Source: Escherichia phage wV7
Direction: 5' to 3' (one strand)
Length of the DNA stretch: 64,000 nt
Sequence record: NC_019505.1
The notes under the pieces are model-generated. The model did no database searches and was not told the origin of the DNA. It saw nothing but the letters and a program-made list of their open reading frames with translations. Positions 1 through 7,498 of the stretch are shown piece after piece (position 1 is the first letter of the stretch; each line of letters opens with the position of its first letter). The translations under genes were made by a program, and so were the position numbers.

Positions 1-399
1 CACATATTGCCACTGAGTACGAGGAATAAGAGCAAAAGCATCCATCTCTGGAATCATAACGCCATCTTTATTTTCAAAATAAGACTCGCAATGGCAATTT
101 CTGAACATCTCATGCTCTACTGGAATCGTATAATAAAATAACTGTAAGTCTTTATTACTAGAATATTTAAATATACCTAGGTCTTCTAGAAGGTCTGGAT
201 TATAATTGCTAAAACCGGTCTCTTCTAAGCATTCTCTTTTTGCAGCTTCCAGTGCATTCAAATCAGAACTTTCTACACGCCCCTTTGGAATATCCCAGCG
301 ATGTGCCATCATTCCAGGCTTACGAGAACCAGTAACCCGACCCATAAATAAATCTTTATCTTCTGTCATAAAGATAATACCAGCTGATAGTGTTTTCAT
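1..399 (-). CDS. nudE: Nudix hydrolase NudE (e.1), partial; C-terminal end lies beyond window start
   Basis: Reverse translation from ATG at 397-399 gives MKTLSAGIIF... with a Nudix-box-like segment (RECLEETGF); ATGA start/stop overlap with upstream gene; position matches T4 e.1. Confidence 0.8.
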   Translation of the reverse strand, partial: MKTLSAGIIFMTEDKDLFMGRVTGSRKPGMMAHRWDIPKGRVESSDLNALEAAKRECLEETGFSNYNPDLLEDLGIFKYSSNKDLQLFYYTIPVEHEMFRNCHCESYFENKDGVMIPEMDAFALIPRTQWQYV

Positions 400-884
400 T
401 TTAATTTCCTGCATTCAGTGATAAAGTTATTTAAATTTTGAGTATATTTCTTTTCATCAAAAATCTTTTGTTGTCTGCGTAGCCGCCATGGCATTTCAAT
501 GAACGTGTACCATATCCCAGATAATATTGCTGCAGTAAAAATATTAACAAGTATGGTTAAAAGAATCCAATCTCCTATTCTGTCCATTGGATTTTTTATA
601 AAAAAGTAAAATACGAATGATGTCACAGGAAGACTAATAATATACCACAGAATCATAATTTTATCTGTGAACCAATCAGCGTTCGTTAACTTAGCGCGAC
701 CATTATGAATACACACGAATTTATCATCTGTTATAATAGATGGCTTAGCTGCTTGATATCCCATTCTAAACTCCCTAATCAACAAATTTTTCATATCTTC
801 GGAACAACCATTCCAGTCAACTCTATCAACTGAAATGCCATCATCCCCATCATCTAAATCATACCAGCGAGTTTTTAAAATCAT
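396..884 (-). CDS. hypothetical small membrane protein (two C-terminal hydrophobic helices)
   Basis: ATG-start 162 aa ORF, TGA overlaps nudE ATG; hydrophobic segments IMILWYIISLPVTSFVFYFFI and ILLTILVNIFTAAILSGIWYTFI. Confidence 0.55.
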   Translation of the reverse strand: MILKTRWYDLDDGDDGISVDRVDWNGCSEDMKNLLIREFRMGYQAAKPSIITDDKFVCIHNGRAKLTNADWFTDKIMILWYIISLPVTSFVFYFFIKNPMDRIGDWILLTILVNIFTAAILSGIWYTFIEMPWRLRRQQKIFDEKKYTQNLNNFITECRKLK

Positions 885-1255
885 TTAATTTTCCTACAAT
901 CACTCACAAACTCTTCCATTGATTCTTTTTCAATATAAGACATGTAGCTATTATATTCCTTTAATTGTATTTTGTAATCCTTTTTTCTTTGCCAATTTAT
1001 TTTAAAATTATCATAATGAAAATATAACATTGTACCAAAGAATGAAAATAATGAAATCGCTATAGTATAATGAAGTTCACTCCAAACTTCTATTATATCT
1101 ATTATACCGCTGACGTTACTACGGATGTTTAAAATAAGACAGTCAATTAACAATCCAAAAAGACTACCCGCAAGAGCTGTAGCCAACGCTACAGCAAAAA
1201 TTAAAAATGACTCAGGAAGAGAATATTTGACTTTATTTAGTTTTGGCTTTTGCAT
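881..1255 (-). CDS. hypothetical small membrane protein
   Basis: 124 aa ORF with ATG start; hydrophobic helices; stop overlaps start of downstream gene. Confidence 0.55.
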   Translation of the reverse strand: MQKPKLNKVKYSLPESFLIFAVALATALAGSLFGLLIDCLILNIRSNVSGIIDIIEVWSELHYTIAISLFSFFGTMLYFHYDNFKINWQRKKDYKIQLKEYNSYMSYIEKESMEEFVSDCRKIK

Positions 1256-1629
1256 CGTGATTCCTTAACAAATTTCATAATTTCATCAAATTCATGCGCA
1301 GCAAGTTTAAGCTGATGTTCCTTTTTAATCTTTTTACACTGAGCTTTCCAATCACGTACACGTTTACGATAGTGTCTTCCTTGATACCAATATCCTATCC
1401 AATTTATAGGTACTAATAAAAGCGGAACTACCAACGGAAGAATTAGTGTTGCTCCAAATATTGCACCAGATTCAATATCAGTCATAACGTCTATAACCAT
1501 TCCAGCAATCACCAGAATCACAAATGATACAACTACCACAGGACCTATTAACACATCAGTAGAAATTATCTGACGCTTTAATTCATACTTCAACGGTTTA
1601 CTTGGAAGGTATAGTGATGGTTTTGACAT
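1237..1629 (-). CDS. hypothetical small membrane protein
   Basis: Track ORF starts at TTG (1650); first ATG at 1627-1629 (MSKPSLY...) is preceded by AAGGAA; two hydrophobic helices. Confidence 0.5.
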   Translation of the reverse strand: MSKPSLYLPSKPLKYELKRQIISTDVLIGPVVVVSFVILVIAGMVIDVMTDIESGAIFGATLILPLVVPLLLVPINWIGYWYQGRHYRKRVRDWKAQCKKIKKEHQLKLAAHEFDEIMKFVKESRCKSQN

Positions 1630-2206
1630 ATTCTCTACATTCCTTAACAAATTTTTCTAATAATAAATCGCTTTCAAAATTGGGATTTTCTACGAATTTA
1701 TCAAAAAGATCATCGACAATAGTTAAGATATTCTTTTTACTAAGAATACGTTTATTTTCATATTTTGTTTCAGAGTCAACTATAAGAGTAAAGAAATATT
1801 TCTTGCCCTGAAATTTTACAGTAGTATCAATATAGAATAAATTTGACTTTTGTAAATTACGTTTAAACCATGCATCACTTAAACTATAAACGCCAAGATA
1901 ATCATAATCGTCGTTTAAATAACAGACCGTCCATTCAGGAGAAACAAAATCAGTAAATTCAACGTCAAAATCGCATGTTAATAAATGAATTGATTCAATA
2001 CTGTTAATAAGTATTCCAGGACGTATTAAAGACTTTTTACCTCTAGAAAATCTTCCAGAAAGATTTTCAACAGTTTCATATGAAGAACCCCAATAATAAT
2101 TACGTCCTTCTGCCATACGTTTAAGAGCATTTAATAATTGGTCTGGAACATCAACCTGTCTTTGGAACTCTTCAAACATTGAATTGAAATCACTTTGCAT
2201 TTTCAT
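1598..2206 (-). CDS. hypothetical protein
   Basis: 202 aa ORF with ATG start preceded by GGAGTAAGTAGGA; no recognisable motif. Confidence 0.55.
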   Translation of the reverse strand: MKMQSDFNSMFEEFQRQVDVPDQLLNALKRMAEGRNYYWGSSYETVENLSGRFSRGKKSLIRPGILINSIESIHLLTCDFDVEFTDFVSPEWTVCYLNDDYDYLGVYSLSDAWFKRNLQKSNLFYIDTTVKFQGKKYFFTLIVDSETKYENKRILSKKNILTIVDDLFDKFVENPNFESDLLLEKFVKECREYVKTITIPSK

Positions 2207-2226
2207 TCCTACTTACTCCAAGTAAT

Positions 2227-2241
2227 AGGGGCCGAAGCCCC
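2227..2241 (-). other. intercistronic GGGGC-UUCG-GCCCC tetraloop hairpin (minus-strand RNA)
   Basis: Perfect 5 bp GC stem with UUCG loop when read on the coding (minus) strand; no U-run follows. Confidence 0.5.
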
Positions 2242-2247
2242 TTATCA

Positions 2248-2841
2248 TTATTTCAGAGAATTAATATATTCCTGAACATCGGCAGAGGTAGTTTCAACCC
2301 CAGAAATATTACCATTAAAGGTTTCAACTCGAGCAAGAGTATCTTCAATATCAACCTTAGTCAGTGCTGCAATTTCAACTACATCATCAGCAGTACTAAT
2401 TCCAAGGGCATTCGCGGCGCGAGTTTCACGGATATATTCCAATTTAACTGCAAGTTCTTGGCGAGCATCATCTAACTCAACTACTTTCTTGGCAATTTCA
2501 ATTCGCATTTCAGCATAACCATCAGCTTTAGTAGTCAACTGCTCAGCTGTTCGACGATATAGTAAACCGAGTTTAGCATGCATTGTTACATCTTGACCTT
2601 CAGAAAGGAGCTTGCGAATTTCACGCTCTTTTGATTCGGCCTGCTTATTCTTTTCGACAATAAGTTCACGAATACGCTTTTCTTCATTAATAGATTTAAC
2701 AGAAGCAGTTTTTAGATCTTTAATTTTATCAAGCAATTTTGCTGCTGCGGCAGTATACTGCTCTTCAACAGATAGATTTTTAGCCATAGCAGAACCAAGT
2801 TTAGTGCGAATAAACTCAACAATTTTTTTCAGTGTGTTCAT
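2248..2841 (-). CDS. hypothetical coiled-coil protein
   Basis: 197 aa, ATG start; heptad-like charged/hydrophobic periodicity throughout; no catalytic motif. Confidence 0.6.
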
Positions 2842-2884
2842 AGTATTTCCTTAGGTTGATTAGAAATTAAAATCTGCAGAAGAA

Positions 2885-3403
2885 TTATATCATGCTACTT
2901 AAGAGATGTAAACTATTTTTAATTTTACAAATTCGTTCAGCTTCTTCAACAGCGGCAGTGATAATGCTTTTAGCTATAGGAGTACTAATATTAGTAGCTT
3001 TTACACTTAACACGATTTCTTTATCTTTACCAGGCCAACCCCACGATTTTTCACCATGAGTGCCTTTAATTACAGCAGACACCTCAAGTGAGCATCCATT
3101 ATCGCATGTTTTTACATTAACAACCCAAGTGTCACTTTTCTCAACCGGTTTATCCCAGTAAATATTAAGAATACGTGGGACATCAAATTTAGCAGGGCAA
3201 ATCTTAACCGTAAGACCTTCGCTTTCTAGCCAATTAATAAGAGGGCGTTCATACATGCGGCGATGTGGGCTTTGAACTCGACAAGCTTTGTACCCATTGC
3301 TTGCGGCTTCACTAAGCTCTTCTAATACATGCTTTTGCATTATTGATAAGATACCATCAAAAGATTTTTCGGAAGTTTCATTCAGTTCGGTATAAAGAGA
3401 CAT
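2885..3403 (-). CDS. hypothetical protein
   Basis: Track start at 3418 is TTG; ATG at 3401-3403 (MSLYTEL...) preceded by GAGGAAA. Confidence 0.55.
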   Translation of the reverse strand: MSLYTELNETSEKSFDGILSIMQKHVLEELSEAASNGYKACRVQSPHRRMYERPLINWLESEGLTVKICPAKFDVPRILNIYWDKPVEKSDTWVVNVKTCDNGCSLEVSAVIKGTHGEKSWGWPGKDKEIVLSVKATNISTPIAKSIITAAVEEAERICKIKNSLHLLSSMI

Positions 3404-3459
3404 AACAGTTTTCCTCAAATTATAGGCTCATAATATCTCAATCATGAGCCTATGTAAAC

Positions 3460-3723
3460 TTATTTCATATTATTGAAATATTCTTCTGCGATTTCGTCGT
3501 TATCATGGTAAACTTTAGAAGACAGTTTAACATAACCTTCAGCAGTGAACATGTTAATCACAACCTTTACAGTATACCACTGACCATCTTCATTACCCAT
3601 TACTGCGTAAGTTTCAAACATCGGATGATCAGGACCGATAACTTTAATATCATTCACTGTACGACCAAAATCTTCTGAAACACATTTCATAAAGAAGTTG
3701 AACAGTTCACCGTAATTATCCAT
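3460..3723 (-). CDS. hypothetical protein
   Basis: Track start is TTG; ATG at 3721-3723 preceded by GGAGA; early-type promoter upstream. Confidence 0.5.
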   Translation of the reverse strand: MDNYGELFNFFMKCVSEDFGRTVNDIKVIGPDHPMFETYAVMGNEDGQWYTVKVVINMFTAEGYVKLSSKVYHDNDEIAEEYFNNMK

Positions 3724-3764
3724 TTCATTCTCCAAGTTGTTTTCTGTATCAGTAGTTGATAGTT

Positions 3765-3825
3765 GTATAGTACCATAGAAGAACAGGGATGTAAACAGTT
3801 TTGTGAAAAAATTTTTAAAAAGTTT
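3765..3825 (-). promoter_or_regulatory. T4 early-type promoter (A/T-rich UP region, -35 GTTTAC, -10 TACTAT)
   Basis: Minus-strand reading: AAAATTTTTTCACAAAACTGTTTAC-N18-TACTAT upstream of the 3460..3723 gene; same architecture repeated at 7195-7252 and 7530-7590. Confidence 0.5.
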
Positions 3826-3928
3826 TGGGGAATTCTAGGGCAGGGAGGGGAAATCAAAGGATAGGATAATATATTATAAAGGGTAGAAACTAAATGATGT
3901 CTAGAGAGGCCTGGAAAGGCCTAGATAC

Positions 3929-3958
3929 CAAAAAGCCCCAACCTTTCGGCTAGGGCTA
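3929..3958 (-). terminator. rho-independent terminator-like hairpin with U-run (minus strand)
   Basis: GC-rich imperfect stem (GCCCCAACC/GGCTAGGGC) followed on minus strand by UUUUU. Confidence 0.45.
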
Positions 3959-3964
3959 AGAATG

Positions 3965-4438
3965 TTATTTGATTTGTTTAGCAGACCAAATGCGGTCTTT
4001 AATAATTTTTTGGATGTCTTCAACATACTCAAGAGAGTGAGCATGTGGATTATCTTTGAAACTATAAGCACGAGCTAGTTTTTGGCCTTCAGTTTTGATT
4101 ACTAAAAGCTCTTTAAGGATAGCTTCATATTTGGAGATAATTCCTTTAACAATATTTTTCTCTTGTGCGACTTTAGGATCTGCTTTAGGAGCAGGTTTAC
4201 CCGAAGCCTTTGCAAAAGCAGCGCCAGTAGCAACTAAACTTTTCCAGGCCATACTAACTGCATTTCCCGTAAATCCTTCCGCTTTCATGTCGCGTGCGAA
4301 CTGGAATCGCGATTCATCAGAAGCATCTTTATAAGAATATTTACCCGCTGCAATGGCTGCTTTTGCGACAGCTTGAATTTCGGTGCTAGATGCTTCATTT
4401 AACACCGCTTCATTTAAAAATTGAGTATATGATTTCAT
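3965..4438 (-). CDS. internal-protein-like head protein with capsid-targeting N-terminus
   Basis: N-terminus MKSYTQFLNEA resembles the T4 IPI/IPII/IPIII/Alt capsid targeting sequence, with L-x-E motifs typical of gp21 protease sites; preceded by a late promoter and flanked by hairpin terminators. Confidence 0.55.
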   Translation of the reverse strand: MKSYTQFLNEAVLNEASSTEIQAVAKAAIAAGKYSYKDASDESRFQFARDMKAEGFTGNAVSMAWKSLVATGAAFAKASGKPAPKADPKVAQEKNIVKGIISKYEAILKELLVIKTEGQKLARAYSFKDNPHAHSLEYVEDIQKIIKDRIWSAKQIK

Positions 4439-4478
4439 CTTATTTCCTGTTTTAATTCGTGGATTTAATATACTACTA

Positions 4479-4486
4479 TATTTATA
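4479..4486 (-). promoter_or_regulatory. T4 late promoter -10 element TATAAATA (minus strand)
   Basis: Exact TATAAATA about 40 nt upstream of ATG at 4438. Confidence 0.5.
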
Positions 4487-4520
4487 CCAAAAAGCCCCAA
4501 CCTTTCGGTCGGGGCTAAGC
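4487..4520 (-). terminator. rho-independent terminator (minus strand)
   Basis: Stem GCCCCGACC/GGTTGGGGC followed by UUUUU on minus-strand RNA. Confidence 0.5.
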
Positions 4521-4825
4521 CTTGCGGCAACCTTGTCGGGGTTCCACCTGCTAAGGCAAGTGTTTGTACGAAACGCCGGGATTCGAACCCGGTTATTAAG
4601 CAGTTGACGCTACTCAATATTTTTAAAAGGCCATATCTCGACCATATCCGAACGTTCCGTCAAAAACGCTACTCGGCTTACGGCAAAGATATTTCCTCGA
4701 ATCGATAATTCGGTGCGCCGTTTCTACTGTGATGTAAGAGGGCATCAATAAACGCAAAGATTATTAACGCAATTCCTTACTCAGGGAACATCAGTCCGAC
4801 GACTTACCGGTAGCGACCCGGTTTC
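4521..4825 (-). ncRNA. candidate small stable RNA locus (ORF-free, GC-richer, tRNA-like T-arm)
   Basis: No ORF of 60 aa or more on either strand; minus-strand CCGGG-TTCGAAT-CCCGG T-arm-like stem-loop at about 4575-4591; lies between tRNA-proximal ORF and a terminator. Confidence 0.3.
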
Positions 4826-5176
4826 TTAATATTCTTTTAAAGCATCAATCTGTTTACGGCGTTCACGCCATAAATCAATTGCTTCATACGCGGATTCAAC
4901 ATTTCGAATTGGACGGCATTTATATAAAGATTTGTGATTTTGATATTGCGTAGATAACGGAATTTTATCTAAAAGGTCTTTACGTTCAAAGTATTCGTAA
5001 CCATCTAAGCCAAATGAACGATTTTTGAGAAATTGCCAATGACCAAATTCGTTTTGAATATAAATATAATCCGCATGTTGATAAAGTAAATTAATTTCAC
5101 GAAATGAGATATGTTTTTCATATTCATTGAAGTAAAATGTTAAATCATGAACTACTAAATAAACATTACCTTTCAT
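4826..5176 (-). CDS. hypothetical protein
   Basis: 116 aa ATG-start ORF immediately downstream (in transcription sense) of tRNA-Arg. Confidence 0.5.
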   Translation of the reverse strand: MKGNVYLVVHDLTFYFNEYEKHISFREINLLYQHADYIYIQNEFGHWQFLKNRSFGLDGYEYFERKDLLDKIPLSTQYQNHKSLYKCRPIRNVESAYEAIDLWRERRKQIDALKEY

Positions 5177-5194
5177 ATTTTCCTCACTTATAAT

Positions 5195-5270
5195 TGGTCG
5201 AGGCAGTAGGGATCGAACCTACGACCTAGGACTTAGAAGGTCCTTGCTCTTCCTTCTGAGCTATGCCCCG
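5195..5270 (-). tRNA. tRNA-Arg (anticodon UCU)
   Basis: Hand-folded cloverleaf: acceptor CGGGGCA/TGCCTCG, anticodon loop CUUCUAA, T-loop TTCGATC, CCA encoded. Confidence 0.85.
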
Positions 5271-5274
5271 TAAT

Positions 5275-5350
5275 TGGGGTGACCGATGGGAGTCGAACCC
5301 ATGACTACGAGAATCACAATCTCGAGTTCTACCAACTGAACTACGGTCAC
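5275..5350 (-). tRNA. tRNA-His (anticodon GUG)
   Basis: Cloverleaf: acceptor GTGACCG/CGGTCAC, discriminator C, anticodon loop TTGTGAT, T-loop TTCGACT, CCA encoded; no G-1 encoded. Confidence 0.75.
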
Positions 5351-5464
5351 ATTAATACCTACTCCAACAATCAAGATGTCTTCACACGAAATTAAGAGAA
5401 GAGTGATCAGTTCAACCCCTATAATCGCGTCAAGTAGATATTAATGTGACAGTTGTCACAAATT

Positions 5465-5539
5465 TGGCGGACGTGATAGGATTCGAACCTATAACCAATC
5501 GCTTAACAGGCGATCGCTCTGCCATTGAGCTACACATCC
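5465..5539 (-). tRNA. tRNA-Asn (anticodon GUU)
   Basis: Cloverleaf: acceptor GGATGTG/CACGTCC, D-stem GCTC/GAGC, anticodon stem ATCGC/GCGAT with loop CTGTTAA, T-loop TTCGAAT, CCA encoded. Confidence 0.8.
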
Positions 5540-5543
5540 AAAT

Positions 5544-5630
5544 TGGTGGGGAGTGGTGGAGTCGAACCACCCGAGTCGCAATGACAATGAATTTACAGTC
5601 CACACCGCTACCTCTACGGGATAACTCCCC
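5544..5630 (-). tRNA. tRNA-Tyr (anticodon GUA), class II long variable arm
   Basis: 87 nt; acceptor GGGGAGT/ACTCCCC; anticodon loop CUGUAAA as in bacterial tRNA-Tyr; variable-arm hairpin; D-arm could not be resolved cleanly by hand. Confidence 0.6.
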
Positions 5631-5642
5631 TAATTCATAATT

Positions 5643-5717
5643 TGGTGGCCCTGGGTGGAATTGAACCACCATCTGGCGATTATGAGTCGCTTGCTTGAAC
5701 CTTCCAGCTACAGGGCC
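5643..5717 (-). tRNA. tRNA with CAU anticodon (Met, or Ile if lysidine-modified)
   Basis: Cloverleaf: acceptor GGCCCTG/CAGGGCC, anticodon loop CTCATAA, T-loop TTCAATT, CCA encoded; occupies the position of the T4 tRNA-Ile gene. Confidence 0.75.
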
Positions 5718-5718
5718 T

Positions 5719-5794
5719 TGGTGCTGATTGACGGAATCGAACCGCCGACCTTCTCATTACAAGTGAGTTGCTCTACCTACTGAGCTAAATCAGC
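5719..5794 (-). tRNA. tRNA-Thr (anticodon UGU)
   Basis: Cloverleaf: acceptor GCTGATT/AATCAGC, anticodon loop CTTGTAA, T-loop TTCGATT, CCA encoded. Confidence 0.8.
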
Positions 5795-5799
5795 AAAAC

Positions 5800-5889
5800 T
5801 GGCGGAGGTGATAGGATTCGAACCTATGAATCGCCGGAGCGACTGCCGGTTTTCAAGACCGGTGCATTCAACCACTCTGCCACACCTCC
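5800..5889 (-). tRNA. tRNA-Ser (anticodon UGA), class II
   Basis: 90 nt; acceptor GGAGGTG/CACCTCC, anticodon stem CCGGT/ACCGG with loop CTTGAAA, long variable arm, T-loop TTCGAAT. Confidence 0.8.
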
Positions 5890-5891
5890 AG

Positions 5892-5965
5892 TCTCCATAC
5901 AAGGATTTGAACCTTGGACCTCCTGATCCCAAATCAGGCGCTCTACCAAACTGAGCTACACGGAG
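5892..5965 (-). tRNA. tRNA-Pro (anticodon UGG), 3' CCA not encoded
   Basis: Acceptor CTCCGTG/TATGGAG, anticodon stem CCTGA/TCAGG with loop TTTGGGA, T-loop TTCAAAT; 3' end abuts tRNA-Ser 5' end with CU instead of CCA. Confidence 0.8.
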
Positions 5966-5975
5966 TAAATTAAAT

Positions 5976-6049
<74 letters not shown>

Positions 6050-6054
6050 AAATT

Positions 6055-6141
6055 TGGTGCGAGAAGTGGGACTCGAACCCACAAGGAAATCATTCCGCAG
6101 CATTTTAAGTGCTGTGCCTTTACCAATTTGACCATTCTCGC
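6055..6141 (-). tRNA. tRNA-Leu (anticodon UAA), class II
   Basis: 87 nt; acceptor GCGAGAA/TTCTCGC, anticodon stem CAGCA/TGCTG with loop CTTAAAA, long variable arm, T-loop TTCGAGT. Confidence 0.8.
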
Positions 6142-6142
6142 G

Positions 6143-6215
6143 CTGGGAATAAAGGACTCGAACCTTTGCATCTAGCAGTCAAAGTGCTATGCCTTACCAA
6201 CTTGGCTAATTCCCA
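6143..6215 (-). tRNA. tRNA-Gln (anticodon UUG), 3' CCA not encoded
   Basis: Acceptor TGGGAAT/ATTCCCA, anticodon stem TAGCA/TGCTA with loop CTTTGAC, T-loop TTCGAGT; one nucleotide separates it from tRNA-Leu (dimeric precursor arrangement). Confidence 0.8.
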
Positions 6216-6312
6216 ATTATTAACAAAGGCTCTCAAGCAAGAACCCTTGATGATAGAGGGTATTAATCAGTGCGGTATGAGTTAATAATAACAAATAATT
6301 CTTAAAGCATAT

Positions 6313-6600
6313 TTACCATTTATGATAATACATATTTACGATGCACTCAAGACCCAAAGGATTCTTGAAAATATCATATTCAAGAGGACCTTTTTCTGTT
6401 TCAATAAAGAAATCAAAATTTACTGTATTAAATTTACGGTCTTCCTTCACTAATTTAACCTGAGAAGATGAACGGTCAATGTAAACCTTTTCAACTTCAA
6501 AACATGTTAAAATGCCATAATCATCAATCAAGGCTTTAGCTGCTTCTTGATCATATTTATATCCATTTTCAATGGACGATACTTTAGCATAAAGAATCAT
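6313..6600 (-). CDS. hypothetical protein
   Basis: 95 aa ATG-start ORF, stop adjacent to upstream gene. Confidence 0.5.
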   Translation of the reverse strand: MILYAKVSSIENGYKYDQEAAKALIDDYGILTCFEVEKVYIDRSSSQVKLVKEDRKFNTVNFDFFIETEKGPLEYDIFKNPLGLECIVNMYYHKW

Positions 6601-6602
6601 TA

Positions 6603-6983
6603 TTACCCTTCATCAACAATAGTATGAGTGTGGGCATTTACAATTTGCCACCAATCAAAGCGATTAGAACCATACATTGGTTTGTTCTCATTTTCTTTGA
6701 TAATGTCACGGAGTTCATCTTCGGTAGCAGCTTTCGCGATTAAATCAGCATATCCACCGCGAGGATAATAATTATCACCTGCAAAAAGTAAAAAGTTTGG
6801 TTTAATGTTATTGAACTCTTCAAGAGTAATAACTGTTCCACCAGGTTGAACAATATCTACATAACTATATCCTAATTTTTGAGCAGCATCTACTGCTTCA
6901 AGCAGGGTATCATGAGCCCATCCAATTTGGCAATCTGGCTTTTCAGATGGATTAGCCTGATAATCTGCATATACTTTATACAT
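6603..6983 (-). CDS. hypothetical protein
   Basis: Track start is TTG; ATG at 6981-6983 (MYKVYADY...) preceded by AAGGTGA. Confidence 0.5.
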   Translation of the reverse strand: MYKVYADYQANPSEKPDCQIGWAHDTLLEAVDAAQKLGYSYVDIVQPGGTVITLEEFNNIKPNFLLFAGDNYYPRGGYADLIAKAATEDELRDIIKENENKPMYGSNRFDWWQIVNAHTHTIVDEG

Positions 6984-6984
6984 T

Positions 6985-7170
6985 TTACTCACCTTTAGAA
7001 ATTTTATCCATAACGATAGCAATTAAACCAATTAAAAATGCTACTACAAGTGAAAATACATTTTCTGCTGTAGTTAATAATCCGCATATAAATCCAACAA
7101 ACATTGAAAAACTAAAAGCGGAAGCAGAAATTGCAATAGCAACATTTCGAATTAATTCACAGCGTTTCAT
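6985..7170 (-). CDS. hypothetical small membrane protein (61 aa, two hydrophobic helices)
   Basis: Track start is TTG inside the promoter; ATG at 7168-7170 (MKRCELIRN...) preceded by GAGGAG; early promoter immediately upstream. Confidence 0.45.
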   Translation of the reverse strand: MKRCELIRNVAIAISASAFSFSMFVGFICGLLTTAENVFSLVVAFLIGLIAIVMDKISKGE

Positions 7171-7194
7171 TTTATTCTCCTCAGTAGTTGATAG

Positions 7195-7252
7195 GGTAAT
7201 AGTATCACTACTAAAACCCCGTGTAAACAACTTTGTGAAATTATTTTAAATC
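7195..7252 (-). promoter_or_regulatory. T4 early-type promoter (-35 GTTTAC, -10 TACTAT)
   Basis: Minus-strand GATTTAAAATAATTTCACAAAGTTGTTTAC-N18-TACTAT; 32 nt core identical to the copy at 7553-7584. Confidence 0.5.
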
Positions 7253-7498
7253 TTCTAATCGTTTCTTCATCTTAGAACCATTTTTAGCGATTTCTCCTGC
7301 GTCAGAGCATAATGCTAAAAGTGCTTTAACTTTAGTTTGGTCTCCTTTAAAAGACGAAGGATCGACTGCAGCAGCAAGTTCTTTAATACGAGAGAAAAGA
7401 CGCTCAGCTTCAGCTAAAGCCATTCCAAGCTTTACTTCCATACCATGAGAAGATTCAGTGATAATAGTTTCTGTAGCAAACTCTTTATAAGTTTTCAT
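7241..7498 (-). CDS. internal protein I-like head protein (capsid-targeting N-terminus)
   Basis: N-terminus MKTYKEFATETIITE resembles the T4 internal-protein CTS (MKTYQEF...), with I-x-E motif; 85 aa; positioned where ipI lies in T4 (downstream of 57B). Confidence 0.6.
   Translation of the reverse strand: MKTYKEFATETIITESSHGMEVKLGMALAEAERLFSRIKELAAAVDPSSFKGDQTKVKALLALCSDAGEIAKNGSKMKKRLEDLK

Noticed and set aside
396-2206. Shared C-terminal peptide motif (F-x-x-E/D-C-R-K) read as a protein-family or toxin signature
   Set aside because: The similarity is best explained at DNA level by reiterated stop/Shine-Dalgarno/start cassettes for the downstream gene, not by selection on the peptide
4521-4825. 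Canonical tRNA in the GC-rich ORF-free segment
   Set aside because: Only a T-arm-like stem-loop is present; no pairable acceptor stem or anticodon arm found by hand, so it is reported as a candidate structured RNA only
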